Below are positions 53,471-62,816 of a stretch of DNA of 64,000 nt, one piece after another. The first letter of the stretch is position 1; each line of letters begins with the position of its first letter. A model generated the notes under the pieces. That model saw nothing but the letters and a program-made list of their open reading frames with translations. It ran no database searches and was not told where the DNA came from. The stretch is from Prochlorococcus sp. AG-679-M23 (GTDB lineage Bacteria; Cyanobacteriota; Cyanobacteriia; PCC-6307; Cyanobiaceae): the NCBI GenBank assembly GCA_003208875.1, contig QCUR01000006.1, positions 74,872 to 138,871 on the forward strand. Reading direction: 5' to 3'. The position numbers and the translations under genes are program-made.

Positions 53471-53530
53471 GTTCGGTTCTTACCCAAAAAAAGTTATACA
53501 AGTACGGAACTCATTCGTTTAGTTTATAAT
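53471..53530 (+). promoter_or_regulatory. Putative ftsH promoter with K-box-like GTTCGG/GTACGG sites
   Basis: GTTCGGTTCTTACCCAAA at 53471-53488; GTACGG at 53502-53507, 17-nt spacer, TATAAT at 53525-53530. Confidence 0.5.
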
Positions 53531-53552
53531 ATATTCACAATTGATATTAATT

Positions 53553-55415
53553 ATGCCAATAAGACAAGACGATAATCAACCTAATAGAAGATTTGGAATT
53601 GTAAATATCATTTTAATTGGAGTAGGAGCATTGCTTTTATTCAGCAGCTTGTTCCCTAATCAAAATATGCAAATACCAAGAGTTCCTTACTCTTTATTTA
53701 TAGATCAAGTTAATGATGGAGAAGTAAAGAGAGCTTACATTACACAAGAACAAATTAGATATGAATTAAATGGAGCAGAAGAAGGGGCGCCTTCAGTGTT
53801 AGCCACGACTCCAATTTTTGATATGGATCTACCCCAAAGATTGGAAAATAAAGGGGTTGAATTTGCGGCAGCTCCACCTAAAAAACCAAATTTCTTCTCA
53901 ACTGTACTTAGCTGGGTAGTCCCACCCTTGATTTTCATTCTAGTACTGCAATTCTTCGCTAGAAGGAGTATGGGAGGGGGAGGTGCTCAAGGTGCATTGA
54001 GTTTTACGAAAAGTAAAGCTAAAGTTTATGTCCCTGATGATGAATCAAAAGTAACTTTCGATGATGTTGCTGGCGTCGATGAGGCTAAGGATGAATTAAC
54101 AGAAATAGTTGATTTTTTAAAGAAGCCAGAAAGATATACAGATATTGGTGCAAGAATCCCTAAAGGTGTTTTATTAGTTGGCCCTCCTGGTACTGGAAAA
54201 ACTCTTCTTTCTAAAGCAGTTGCAGGCGAAGCAGAAGTTCCATTTTTCATAATTTCAGGCTCTGAATTCGTCGAGCTTTTTGTTGGAGCAGGAGCAGCTA
54301 GAGTAAGAGATCTATTTGAACAAGCAAAGAAGAAAGCACCTTGTATCATATTTATAGATGAATTAGATGCAATTGGTAAGAGCCGATCTGGTTCTATGGG
54401 TGTTGTCGGTGGAAACGATGAAAGAGAGCAAACTCTTAACCAGCTACTTACTGAAATGGATGGATTCGCATCAGCAGATAAACCTGTAATAGTTCTAGCA
54501 GCAACAAACCAACCGGAAGTACTCGATGCTGCATTATTAAGACCAGGTAGATTTGATAGGCAAGTTTTAGTTGATAGGCCAGACTTATCTGGGAGGAAAA
54601 CAATTTTAGAAATTTATACCAAAAAAGTAAAATTAGCAGAATCAATAGATTTAGATACAATAGCTCAAGCTACAAGTGGATTTGCAGGTGCAGATTTAGC
54701 AAATATGGTTAATGAAGCTGCTTTGTTAGCCGCTAGAGCGAAAAGAAAAAGTGTTGAACAACAAGATTTGAGTGAAGCAATAGAGAGGGTTGTAGCGGGT
54801 TTAGAGAAGAAAAGTAGAGTTCTTCAGGATGATGAGAAGAAAGTTGTTGCTTATCATGAGGTTGGTCATGCGATAGTTGGACATCTTATGCCAGGCGGAT
54901 CTAAAGTAGCAAAGATTTCAATTGTCCCTAGAGGTATGAGTGCGTTGGGATATACACTTCAACTTCCTACAGAAGAACGATTTCTTAACTCTAAAGATGA
55001 ATTGAAAGGCCAAATAGCAACACTTTTAGGAGGACGTTCTGCTGAAGAGGTTGTTTTTGGTAAAATAACAACTGGTGCTTCTAATGATCTCCAAAGAGCA
55101 ACCGATATTGCAGAACAAATGGTAGGCACATTTGGGATGAGCGACATACTTGGTCCTCTGGCTTATGATAAACAGGGGGGTGGACAGTTTTTAGGTAATG
55201 GTAATAATCCAAGAAGATCCGTAAGTGATGCTACTGCTCAAGCAATTGATAAAGAGGTAAGAGACTTGGTAGATGATGCTCACGAGACAGCATTAAATAT
55301 TTTAAGAAATAATTTACCATTACTTGAATCAATATCTCAAAAAATCCTTCAAGAAGAAGTAATTGAAGGAGAAGATCTTAAAAATCTTCTTGCAGAAACT
55401 AAAATGCCTGCATAG
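53553..55415 (+). CDS. ftsH: ATP-dependent zinc metalloprotease FtsH
   Basis: Two TM helices, GPPGTGKT, IDELD, RPGRFDR and HEVGH motifs; ATG at 53553. Confidence 0.98.
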   Translation: MPIRQDDNQPNRRFGIVNIILIGVGALLLFSSLFPNQNMQIPRVPYSLFIDQVNDGEVKRAYITQEQIRYELNGAEEGAPSVLATTPIFDMDLPQRLENKGVEFAAAPPKKPNFFSTVLSWVVPPLIFILVLQFFARRSMGGGGAQGALSFTKSKAKVYVPDDESKVTFDDVAGVDEAKDELTEIVDFLKKPERYTDIGARIPKGVLLVGPPGTGKTLLSKAVAGEAEVPFFIISGSEFVELFVGAGAARVRDLFEQAKKKAPCIIFIDELDAIGKSRSGSMGVVGGNDEREQTLNQLLTEMDGFASADKPVIVLAATNQPEVLDAALLRPGRFDRQVLVDRPDLSGRKTILEIYTKKVKLAESIDLDTIAQATSGFAGADLANMVNEAALLAARAKRKSVEQQDLSEAIERVVAGLEKKSRVLQDDEKKVVAYHEVGHAIVGHLMPGGSKVAKISIVPRGMSALGYTLQLPTEERFLNSKDELKGQIATLLGGRSAEEVVFGKITTGASNDLQRATDIAEQMVGTFGMSDILGPLAYDKQGGGQFLGNGNNPRRSVSDATAQAIDKEVRDLVDDAHETALNILRNNLPLLESISQKILQEEVIEGEDLKNLLAETKMPA

Positions 55416-55443
55416 TAGAATACATCTTTAACAAATAATATTC

Positions 55444-56370
55444 ATGCTTAAACCTAACAAGCTTGTTAATAAAAACTTTTTATCAAGCTTGGATATGTCT
55501 CATGAAGAAGTTATTTATATTTTAGAACTTGCAAAAAACTTTAAAACTAAAGAACTTAGCATTGAACTTGATAATAAAGTTTTAGGTTTGATTTTTGATA
55601 AGTCTTCTACTCGAACTAGAGTTAGTTTTCAAGTCGCAATGTCAAGACTTGGAGGGAGCACGATTGATTTAAATCCTTCAACCTCACAAATCGGGAGAGG
55701 AGAGCCAATTAAAGATACGGCAAGAGTTTTAAGTAGGTATTGCGATGTTATTGCCATTAGAACTTTTAATCATTCAGATTTAGAAGAGTATGCAAATTGG
55801 TCTACGAAACCAGTTATTAATGCTCTTACAGATTTAGAACATCCATGCCAAGCCCTGGCTGATTTTTTAACAATTAAGGAGGAATTTTTTGATTTTAAAA
55901 ACGTAGTTTTGACCTTTATAGGTGATGGTAATAATGTTGCAAATTCACTCATTTTATGTGGGGCAATATTGGGAGTAGAAGTTAGGATTGCATGTCCTAA
56001 AGGTTACGAACCCAACGCATTGATAATCAATAAAGCATACGAAATATATAAGGATAAGAATTTATTAAAAATTACTAATGATCCTAATACTGCTGTTTTA
56101 GGAGCAAATGTTCTTTATACAGATGTTTGGTCATCTATGGGAGAAGAAAATCAAAAGGAAGAGAAAGATAAAGATTTTTATGGATTTACTATTGATAAAA
56201 ATTTAGTAAGCAAAGCTGACAAAGATGCGATTATTCTTCATTGCCTTCCTGCTTATAGATCTAAAGAGATAACTGATGAGGTAATTGAAAGTAAAAAAAA
56301 TAGAATATTTGATCAAGCAGAAAATAGAATGCATGTTCAACAAGCACTTTTATCTTGCCTTCTCTACTAG
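55444..56370 (+). CDS. argF: Ornithine carbamoyltransferase
   Basis: SSTRT, HPCQALAD, WSSMG, HCLP and QAENR motifs. Confidence 0.97.
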   Translation: MLKPNKLVNKNFLSSLDMSHEEVIYILELAKNFKTKELSIELDNKVLGLIFDKSSTRTRVSFQVAMSRLGGSTIDLNPSTSQIGRGEPIKDTARVLSRYCDVIAIRTFNHSDLEEYANWSTKPVINALTDLEHPCQALADFLTIKEEFFDFKNVVLTFIGDGNNVANSLILCGAILGVEVRIACPKGYEPNALIINKAYEIYKDKNLLKITNDPNTAVLGANVLYTDVWSSMGEENQKEEKDKDFYGFTIDKNLVSKADKDAIILHCLPAYRSKEITDEVIESKKNRIFDQAENRMHVQQALLSCLLY

Positions 56371-56397
56371 GAATACTTGCAAACTAATTAATTAAAA

Positions 56398-56427
56398 GGT
56401 ACAAATGTATTAGAGTACATTTGTTCC
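56398..56427. promoter_or_regulatory. Tandem cyanobacterial LexA boxes
   Basis: GGTACAAATGTATT (56398-56411, one mismatch) and AGTACATTTGTTCC (56414-56427) against the consensus RGTACNNNDGTWCB, immediately before lexA. Confidence 0.8.
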
Positions 56428-56428
56428 C

Positions 56429-57046
56429 ATGATAACTTCTCCTGAGGATAATCTTACACAGGCTCAAAATGAGCTTTATAGATGGATAAAAGATTATATG
56501 AAAAATTTTCAACATAGCCCATCCATCAGACAGATGATGCAAGCTATGGGTTTAAAATCTCCTGCTCCAATTCAAAGTCGATTAAAGCATTTGCAAGAAA
56601 AGGGTTATATCTCCTGGCAAGAAGGTAAGGCAAGGACTTTACAAATAGTTGATGAGATAATAGGCGGAGTTCCAATCCTTGGTTCTGTAGCTGCTGGAGG
56701 TTTGATTGAAACATTTTCTGATGTTAGAGAAAACTTAAATATTTCAGATGTGTTTGAAAAAAAAGATATATTTGCTCTTACAGTAAATGGAGATTCTATG
56801 ATAGATGCATGTATCGCAGATGGAGATATGGTTTTAATGGAGCCCTTAAAAGACATTCATTCTTTGAGAAATGGCAATATAGTAAGTGCGCTGGTCCCAG
56901 GATTAGGAACCACCCTAAAATATTTTTTTAAAAGAAGTGGAAAAATATTTTTAGAAGCAGCCAATCCTAATTACGAACCAATTGAGTTGAATCTAGGAGA
57001 AGTGATTTTTCAAGGGAGATTATTAGCAGTTTGGAGAAAAGTTTAA
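56429..57046 (+). CDS. lexA: SOS repressor LexA
   Basis: PSIRQ HTH, VAAG cleavage site, GDSM Ser and TLK Lys. Confidence 0.96.
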   Translation: MITSPEDNLTQAQNELYRWIKDYMKNFQHSPSIRQMMQAMGLKSPAPIQSRLKHLQEKGYISWQEGKARTLQIVDEIIGGVPILGSVAAGGLIETFSDVRENLNISDVFEKKDIFALTVNGDSMIDACIADGDMVLMEPLKDIHSLRNGNIVSALVPGLGTTLKYFFKRSGKIFLEAANPNYEPIELNLGEVIFQGRLLAVWRKV

Positions 57047-57064
57047 ATCTAAAAACTTTTAAGA

Positions 57065-58213
57065 TTAAAATCCCACACTTAATCTAAATACCCACTTAAG
57101 TTGATCAAAGCTATTAACTTTATAATTATCAATATGGTCAGATATTTGAAGAGCGAAAGTACCTCTAATTGGTTTAGATTTAAGTGGAACGATTGAAGTA
57201 CCTAATAAAAACCATTTACTATTGTATTCAAAAAAGGTAGAAAATTGAGAGTTGTACACTCTTGCTAGAGAAAAGATAGGCGACCAACATAAACGTCTTT
57301 GATGTGCTACTTCGGTACCAGAGCCACCAAATAAATCACTACATAAAAACTTTATATTACCTTCTGCCATTTTTCCTGTTCCAACTCCAAATGTTCCAAT
57401 AGTTAAAGGAAAGTTGCCCGGGACTTTATTCGACCATATACCTTTTGAAATAGTGAAATATATATCTCGTCCAGTATCTGTTAGGCCATCAAAATGTAAT
57501 AATTGTTCTGCGCCAAAAGCCATACCTGATGAATTTGATATTCTCTTGTCTGTTCTAAATCCTAATGATAGCCCTTCTCCCACCGAAGTACTTCCCCCAA
57601 TAAATTGAGAACCAGAGTATAAGCTCCTAATCCCCAAATTTATTCCATAACTTCTATTTTTAAGATTTAATGGATGATAGTAAAATTGACCTACAGCATC
57701 ACCACCATTCCAACCAAGAAAAGATTGGTTTTTCTTTCTTCTGTTATGCCCCCTTGCTGAAAAATCCCATTTATATTTGTTAGTCCATTTGAATCCTGGC
57801 GGAACTAACCAGCTTATATCAGGACCAATAGTGTCATTATTGAATACAATTGATCTATTTAAACTTTCTAAAGAGAAATTATCTTTTTTATTTTTATTAT
57901 TAGTTTTTGATTGAATTGAATCTATAAAATAGTTGGGATCATCTATTTGTAATTTTTCCCACCTTATTGAATTCTTATCTTTGAACTTATTATCCAACTT
58001 AATCCAATTATTCGCGAGTAAATCAATTATTTTAAAATCTTTCGAATTTTTATAATTTTGAAAATATAAATTGTGTAAATTTTTGATATTTCCACTTTTA
58101 GGATAAACTTCTCTAAAAATAAGATTTGGAAAGAATAATAATAATAAAAAATAAATGTAAATATTTCGTCTTAAAAGATGTTTCTTTTTAATTTCTTTAG
58201 AAACAGAATTCAT
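57065..58213 (-). CDS. Hypothetical, probable outer-membrane beta-barrel protein
   Basis: N-terminal hydrophobic segment, Gly/aromatic alternating strands, C-terminal WVFRLSVGF beta-signal-like end. Confidence 0.6.
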   Translation of the reverse strand: MNSVSKEIKKKHLLRRNIYIYFLLLLFFPNLIFREVYPKSGNIKNLHNLYFQNYKNSKDFKIIDLLANNWIKLDNKFKDKNSIRWEKLQIDDPNYFIDSIQSKTNNKNKKDNFSLESLNRSIVFNNDTIGPDISWLVPPGFKWTNKYKWDFSARGHNRRKKNQSFLGWNGGDAVGQFYYHPLNLKNRSYGINLGIRSLYSGSQFIGGSTSVGEGLSLGFRTDKRISNSSGMAFGAEQLLHFDGLTDTGRDIYFTISKGIWSNKVPGNFPLTIGTFGVGTGKMAEGNIKFLCSDLFGGSGTEVAHQRRLCWSPIFSLARVYNSQFSTFFEYNSKWFLLGTSIVPLKSKPIRGTFALQISDHIDNYKVNSFDQLKWVFRLSVGF

Positions 58214-58427
58214 TATTTAAGTTAATAAATTTAAAAGTGGTCTTGAAATGATTTTTATTTTCAGATCAGCCTTAAAGTTTTATACATAATTATATATTAT
58301 TGGCCGCTAAGACCCTAATAAAATAAAATAAGTAAGAATAATTATTCTTTCTATTTAAACTTTTCCTTTTGTGTTTGTGAATTCTTTATTAAATTATTGA
58401 ATATTAAATTTCATTAGAAATAATCAT

Positions 58428-59180
58428 ATGTTAAATCTTAAAATTAAAACGTTAATAATACTTCCGCATATAGATGATGAATTTGCTTTAACTCCATTAA
58501 TAAAAAAAATGAATATATACTCTCAAAACAATATCAAATTTGTTTATTGTTCTGAAAGGAGAAGTTCTTCAAAAAAAGATCAAATTAAAAGAAGAAGAGA
58601 TAATATAAGATCTTTAAATCTTCTTGGAATAAATATTAATCAAGTAATTTATTTAAATGATTTTTTTAATGTAGAAGATAATCTTTTACATAAATCAAGT
58701 TCTGAAGTTTATCGATTTTTAAAAGGAATTATTTATGAAGAATATTTTCCTCAAGTTTTTACTTTAAATTATGAGGGAGGTCATCCAGACCATGATCAAA
58801 TAGCAATTATTGTGAATAAATTAAAGAGTTTATTCCATTTTAATGCGTTTTATTTTCCTGCTTATAATTCAAGATTTACGTTATTTTTACCATTTAGTGT
58901 CTTAAGACCACTCAAAAGTCAAGAAAATTCATTTAAATATATTGAATTTGAAAATTTTTGTTGGATTCTCTCTTTGAGAATATCCTTATTTTATTCAACA
59001 GAGCGATTTGCCTTTCTTATGCTTACTCCTACACTAATCTATAAGGCAATTTTTTCAAAAAGGTTAATATATTTTGATCATATAAATCTTTCATCTGTAA
59101 ATTGGTCTAATTCTTTATCATTTAAAAGATATAATGTGGCTTATCAAGAAATAAATAAATTTATAAATAGCAGGGAATGA
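58428..59180 (+). CDS. PIG-L/LmbE-family de-N-acylase
   Basis: PHIDDE and GGHPDH zinc-binding motifs. Confidence 0.85.
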   Translation: MLNLKIKTLIILPHIDDEFALTPLIKKMNIYSQNNIKFVYCSERRSSSKKDQIKRRRDNIRSLNLLGININQVIYLNDFFNVEDNLLHKSSSEVYRFLKGIIYEEYFPQVFTLNYEGGHPDHDQIAIIVNKLKSLFHFNAFYFPAYNSRFTLFLPFSVLRPLKSQENSFKYIEFENFCWILSLRISLFYSTERFAFLMLTPTLIYKAIFSKRLIYFDHINLSSVNWSNSLSFKRYNVAYQEINKFINSRE

Positions 59181-59836
59181 TCTATAAGGACTTATTAATT
59201 ACACAAAATAGCTATTATTTTGTACATAGGCATTTTTTAGATTTCTTTGAAGCTAAAAATTCACAAATTATTTTTGTATCAGAAAATAAAAGAGGTATAT
59301 ATAGAAAGTATTTTGAGTTGATTAGTAATTTTGGGATTATTAATTCCTTAAGATGTATTTTTTATGAATTATTCTTCATGATAATTTTAAGAAAAAGGAA
59401 AAATGCGTTATCTTTTATCGAAGTAAAAGATAAAGATTTAAATAATTTTTTAAAAACAAAAATTTTGAATAATCGTTTCAGAAGAATTATTTCTATTGGT
59501 TGTCCTGTTTTAATAAGTACAGAAATAATTAATATGAATGTACCAATTTATAATTTACATGGTGGTATTATTCCTTTTCAAAGGGGACGTTATTCTCCAT
59601 TAAAGAGTATTAAAAAAGGGCATAAAGTTTTGGGTTGTTCACTACATCTAATAGATAAAAATTTTGATAAAGGTACTATTATCAGTCAAGATTTTTTTAA
59701 ATTGAAAAACAAATATAAATTATATAATTATGATAAAGTTTTAAAGTTATCAGCTGATTTATTAAGAGATTTTCAAAGAGGAAATTTAAAAATATTGCCG
59801 GATGAAATAATAAATTATCTAAGAAAAGTCAACTAA
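59177..59836 (+). CDS. Formyltransferase (formyl_trans_N family)
   Basis: YNLHGGIIP..RG (Asn/His) and HLIDKNFDKGTII (Asp); ATGA overlap with the upstream gene. Confidence 0.85.
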   Translation: MIYKDLLITQNSYYFVHRHFLDFFEAKNSQIIFVSENKRGIYRKYFELISNFGIINSLRCIFYELFFMIILRKRKNALSFIEVKDKDLNNFLKTKILNNRFRRIISIGCPVLISTEIINMNVPIYNLHGGIIPFQRGRYSPLKSIKKGHKVLGCSLHLIDKNFDKGTIISQDFFKLKNKYKLYNYDKVLKLSADLLRDFQRGNLKILPDEIINYLRKVN

Positions 59837-59841
59837 AATTT

Positions 59842-60231
59842 TTATTTAAAAATTAAATTCTTTTGAATAATAAATGAAAAAAATGCTAAAACCGGTATCA
59901 TTAGAGCTGCTGAAAAATTTTTGTTTTTTAAAAATATATTTAAAAAACTAATTCCATTATTATTAATGATCCATAAGAAAATTGACATTAAAAGGAAGTT
60001 TATCTTATTTTTATTTTTATTTTTAGAACTATTAAAAACTTTTTGACTATAAAGTTTAAAACCAAGAACTAAATATATTAATTGACTTAAGAAAGTTGAG
60101 ATGTTTATTGGACAAAAAAGAAGGAGAGTTTGTAATGAAATCTGTGTAATTGTCCAAACAACAATTGCGTAAGAAATAAACTTCGCTTCCTGGCTATTTA
60201 ATAATTTATGATTGAAGATTGAAATTTTCAT
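59842..60231 (-). CDS. GtrA-family small membrane protein (putative lipid-linked sugar flippase)
   Basis: 129 aa, about four TM helices, KFISY start, KVF mid motif and FIIQKNLIFK end; divergent from the GT2. Confidence 0.7.
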   Translation of the reverse strand: MKISIFNHKLLNSQEAKFISYAIVVWTITQISLQTLLLFCPINISTFLSQLIYLVLGFKLYSQKVFNSSKNKNKNKINFLLMSIFLWIINNNGISFLNIFLKNKNFSAALMIPVLAFFSFIIQKNLIFK

Positions 60232-60426
60232 AAAAGGATATTATTATTAAATTTTTTTATGGACTTTCTAAACATTTTAATGATAAATATAAGGATAATT
60301 ATTTAAAATATGAATATTTTTTGAAATAAAATCAAAAATTAGATAATTTTTTAAACTTTAAAATAGTTATTATTTGAATTTTTAGCAAATAAGGATTAAT
60401 TTATTACTAATATATGTTTCTCTAGT

Positions 60427-61398
60427 ATGAAATTAGTTGCTGTAGTTCCATGTTATAAAAGTGCAAAAATTGCACCTTTGGTTGTTAGAGACATTATAAA
60501 TTATGTAGATATGGTAATTTGTATAGATGATAAATGTCCTGAAAAAACTGGATTAGCTATTGAAAATTCTATTAAAAGTGAGAAGTTAAAAGTAATTTAT
60601 CAAATTAAAAATAAGGGCGTAGGAGGAGCAACAAAAACAGGTATAAGATATGCTCAAAAAATTAAAGCTTCAATTATTATCAAAATAGATTCAGATGGAC
60701 AGATGGATCCAAGTAATATTCCAAGTTTAGTTGAGCCAATAATTAATAAAAATTCTGAATTCTGCAAAGGTAATAGATTTCGAAATATTAATGTTTTAAC
60801 CAGTATGCCTAAGATAAGATTATTAGGAAATATTGCTCTAAGTTTTATAACTAAAATATCTACTGGGTATTGGGAATTATTTGATCCCACAAATGGCTTT
60901 ATTGCAATTAATGCGGAAATATTAAATCGAATTCAATATGAAAAGGCAGATGATAGATATTTTTTTGAAAGTGATCTTTTATTTCGTTGTGGTTTGTGTG
61001 ATATATCAATAAGTGAAATATCAATTCCTACTATTTATAAAAATGAAAAATCAGATTTAAATCCTTTATTAGAATTTTTTAGATATAACATTATGCATTT
61101 AATTATTTTTATAAAAAGAGTTATTTATCAATATTTTTTGCTTGATTTTAATCCAGGTAGCTTATCAATTTTGTTTAGTTTTATTAGTGTATCATTTACC
61201 TTAATAGCTGGGATGAGGAGTATTCTTTATTACAGAAATTTAGGAATTGAAAGTCCACTAGGAGTTCAAATATTATTTTTAGCTTCATCAATAATTTCTG
61301 TTCAACTTATTTTAAGTTTTTTATACTATGATTCAACTCAAAGACCGCTAAGAAGACAATTAAAAAATCTTTCCAATCAAAACTTTAAAAGGTATTAA
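60427..61398 (+). CDS. GT2 polyprenol-phosphate glycosyltransferase (GtrB/ArnC/DPM-synthase-like)
   Basis: VVPCY, IDD, NKGVGGA, DSDGQ, GNRF, DPTNGF and FFESD motifs; two C-terminal TM helices. Confidence 0.88.
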   Translation: MKLVAVVPCYKSAKIAPLVVRDIINYVDMVICIDDKCPEKTGLAIENSIKSEKLKVIYQIKNKGVGGATKTGIRYAQKIKASIIIKIDSDGQMDPSNIPSLVEPIINKNSEFCKGNRFRNINVLTSMPKIRLLGNIALSFITKISTGYWELFDPTNGFIAINAEILNRIQYEKADDRYFFESDLLFRCGLCDISISEISIPTIYKNEKSDLNPLLEFFRYNIMHLIIFIKRVIYQYFLLDFNPGSLSILFSFISVSFTLIAGMRSILYYRNLGIESPLGVQILFLASSIISVQLILSFLYYDSTQRPLRRQLKNLSNQNFKRY

Positions 61399-62659
61399 AT
61401 ACATATTTATAAATTAAATGATTTTCTAGATTATCTGGTAAATTAATATTTCTACTATATATATCACCATCAGAAATATGAGATCCTGTTCTATTTAAAT
61501 TTGAAAATAAATCGTAAAATGGGAAAGCGATTCTTTCAGAAATTACTAGCGTATCTACTTTAATATTTTTATTAATGTTTAGTTGAATAAAAAGTTTAAA
61601 AATTGATAATTTCTCAACAAAAAATAATTTTTCACCAGTGCTTAATTTACAATTTTTTAGTATTTTATGAGCCTTACTTAGTTCGTATTTTGTTTTAAAT
61701 ATTAATGTCCCATCATTTGTCATGTTTTGCTGAACTTCTACATTTTTGATATTAAGTCTTTTCAAAACTTCAATAGGATTTATTTGTCTATATACTTGGA
61801 TTCCATCTTTACCTGATCTTTTTTGTTTTAATGCATTTACAACTAAAACTATTTCATTACTCTTTAAAGATTTCATAAGCAGTTTTATTATTTCATTGCA
61901 AATTTCCATACCAAATTTCATTTGAGGATGAATATATGGTGTTTTATACCAAAAATGATGTTGCAAGTGTGCGATGTGATTTAGAAATATAATTGATAAA
62001 TCAGGATCTCTCTTTATTTTTTTTTTTACAAAATATAACACTAAGCAGTAATCGAAGAGGATCGTTAAAGTATGAATATTCAAACCGGGATTAAATATAC
62101 TTTTCAAAATTTTTATTGAAAGATTTTTTGTTAAACTAAAATTCTCAATTTTTAAAAAGAATGGAATTGTTTTTATTGACTTTTTCAGTAATTTAAAAAA
62201 GTTCAAGGATAAGTAATTCTTAGCAACATATCTTGGTAATTCTAAAAAGTTATTTAGTTCACTTGGGTAAGCTTTTTCATCAGAAGACCATGGATCTGGG
62301 ATGAATGATACACATCCATTCGAGTCTCCCTTTTTCGAATTCATAACTCCAGTTACCAACCAATTAATATTTTTTTTATTTGCTAGATAATTCCAAATTT
62401 GTTTATTTTTAATTTTTGATATTTCACCTAATCTTTTAACTCCATGTTTTTTAAGAGGAATACCATTATTTATACTTACCCATTGAACCCAAGGATCCAA
62501 ACCCTGAAATTCTCTTAGTTCACTAGTAAAGGTTTTACTGTGATTAAGTTTTAGAATTTCCTTTAAATAGTCTAAATTCAAAATTTCAGCGATGTCCCTT
62601 AAATAATTAGGACAAAATTCATTTAATTCAATAATTAACATTTTTTTTTGTTTCTTCAT
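61385..62659 (-). CDS. Hypothetical, divergent alkaline-phosphatase/phosphodiesterase-superfamily protein
   Basis: LIIELNE; PWVQWVSINNGIP..KHGV; IWNYL; IFLNHIAHLQHHFW resemble type I phosphodiesterase motifs. Confidence 0.55.
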   Translation of the reverse strand: MKKQKKMLIIELNEFCPNYLRDIAEILNLDYLKEILKLNHSKTFTSELREFQGLDPWVQWVSINNGIPLKKHGVKRLGEISKIKNKQIWNYLANKKNINWLVTGVMNSKKGDSNGCVSFIPDPWSSDEKAYPSELNNFLELPRYVAKNYLSLNFFKLLKKSIKTIPFFLKIENFSLTKNLSIKILKSIFNPGLNIHTLTILFDYCLVLYFVKKKIKRDPDLSIIFLNHIAHLQHHFWYKTPYIHPQMKFGMEICNEIIKLLMKSLKSNEIVLVVNALKQKRSGKDGIQVYRQINPIEVLKRLNIKNVEVQQNMTNDGTLIFKTKYELSKAHKILKNCKLSTGEKLFFVEKLSIFKLFIQLNINKNIKVDTLVISERIAFPFYDLFSNLNRTGSHISDGDIYSRNINLPDNLENHLIYKYVFNTF

Positions 62660-62816
62660 CTTTTTGGAGGATTTTTATTTTTACCTTTTAAAATTATCTA
62701 TTAATTAATAGGTTCGGAAATTTTAATATTGATTATATATTTTATTGGAATAGAATATATTAATGTATATTTATATAGTAAGAATTTTTAAATATCTCTG
62801 CAAATAAATAATTTAA

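Noticed and set aside
60005..60024. (TTATTT)3 microsatellite in the gtrA-like gene
   Set aside because: Short, in-frame and expected at this AT content.
4749..60890. Many short antisense or nested ORFs in the track (for example 5295-5579, 28746-29144, 33647-34051, 52907-53329, 54026-54349)
   Set aside because: They lie within well-supported genes, have no recognisable motifs and are expected shadow frames.
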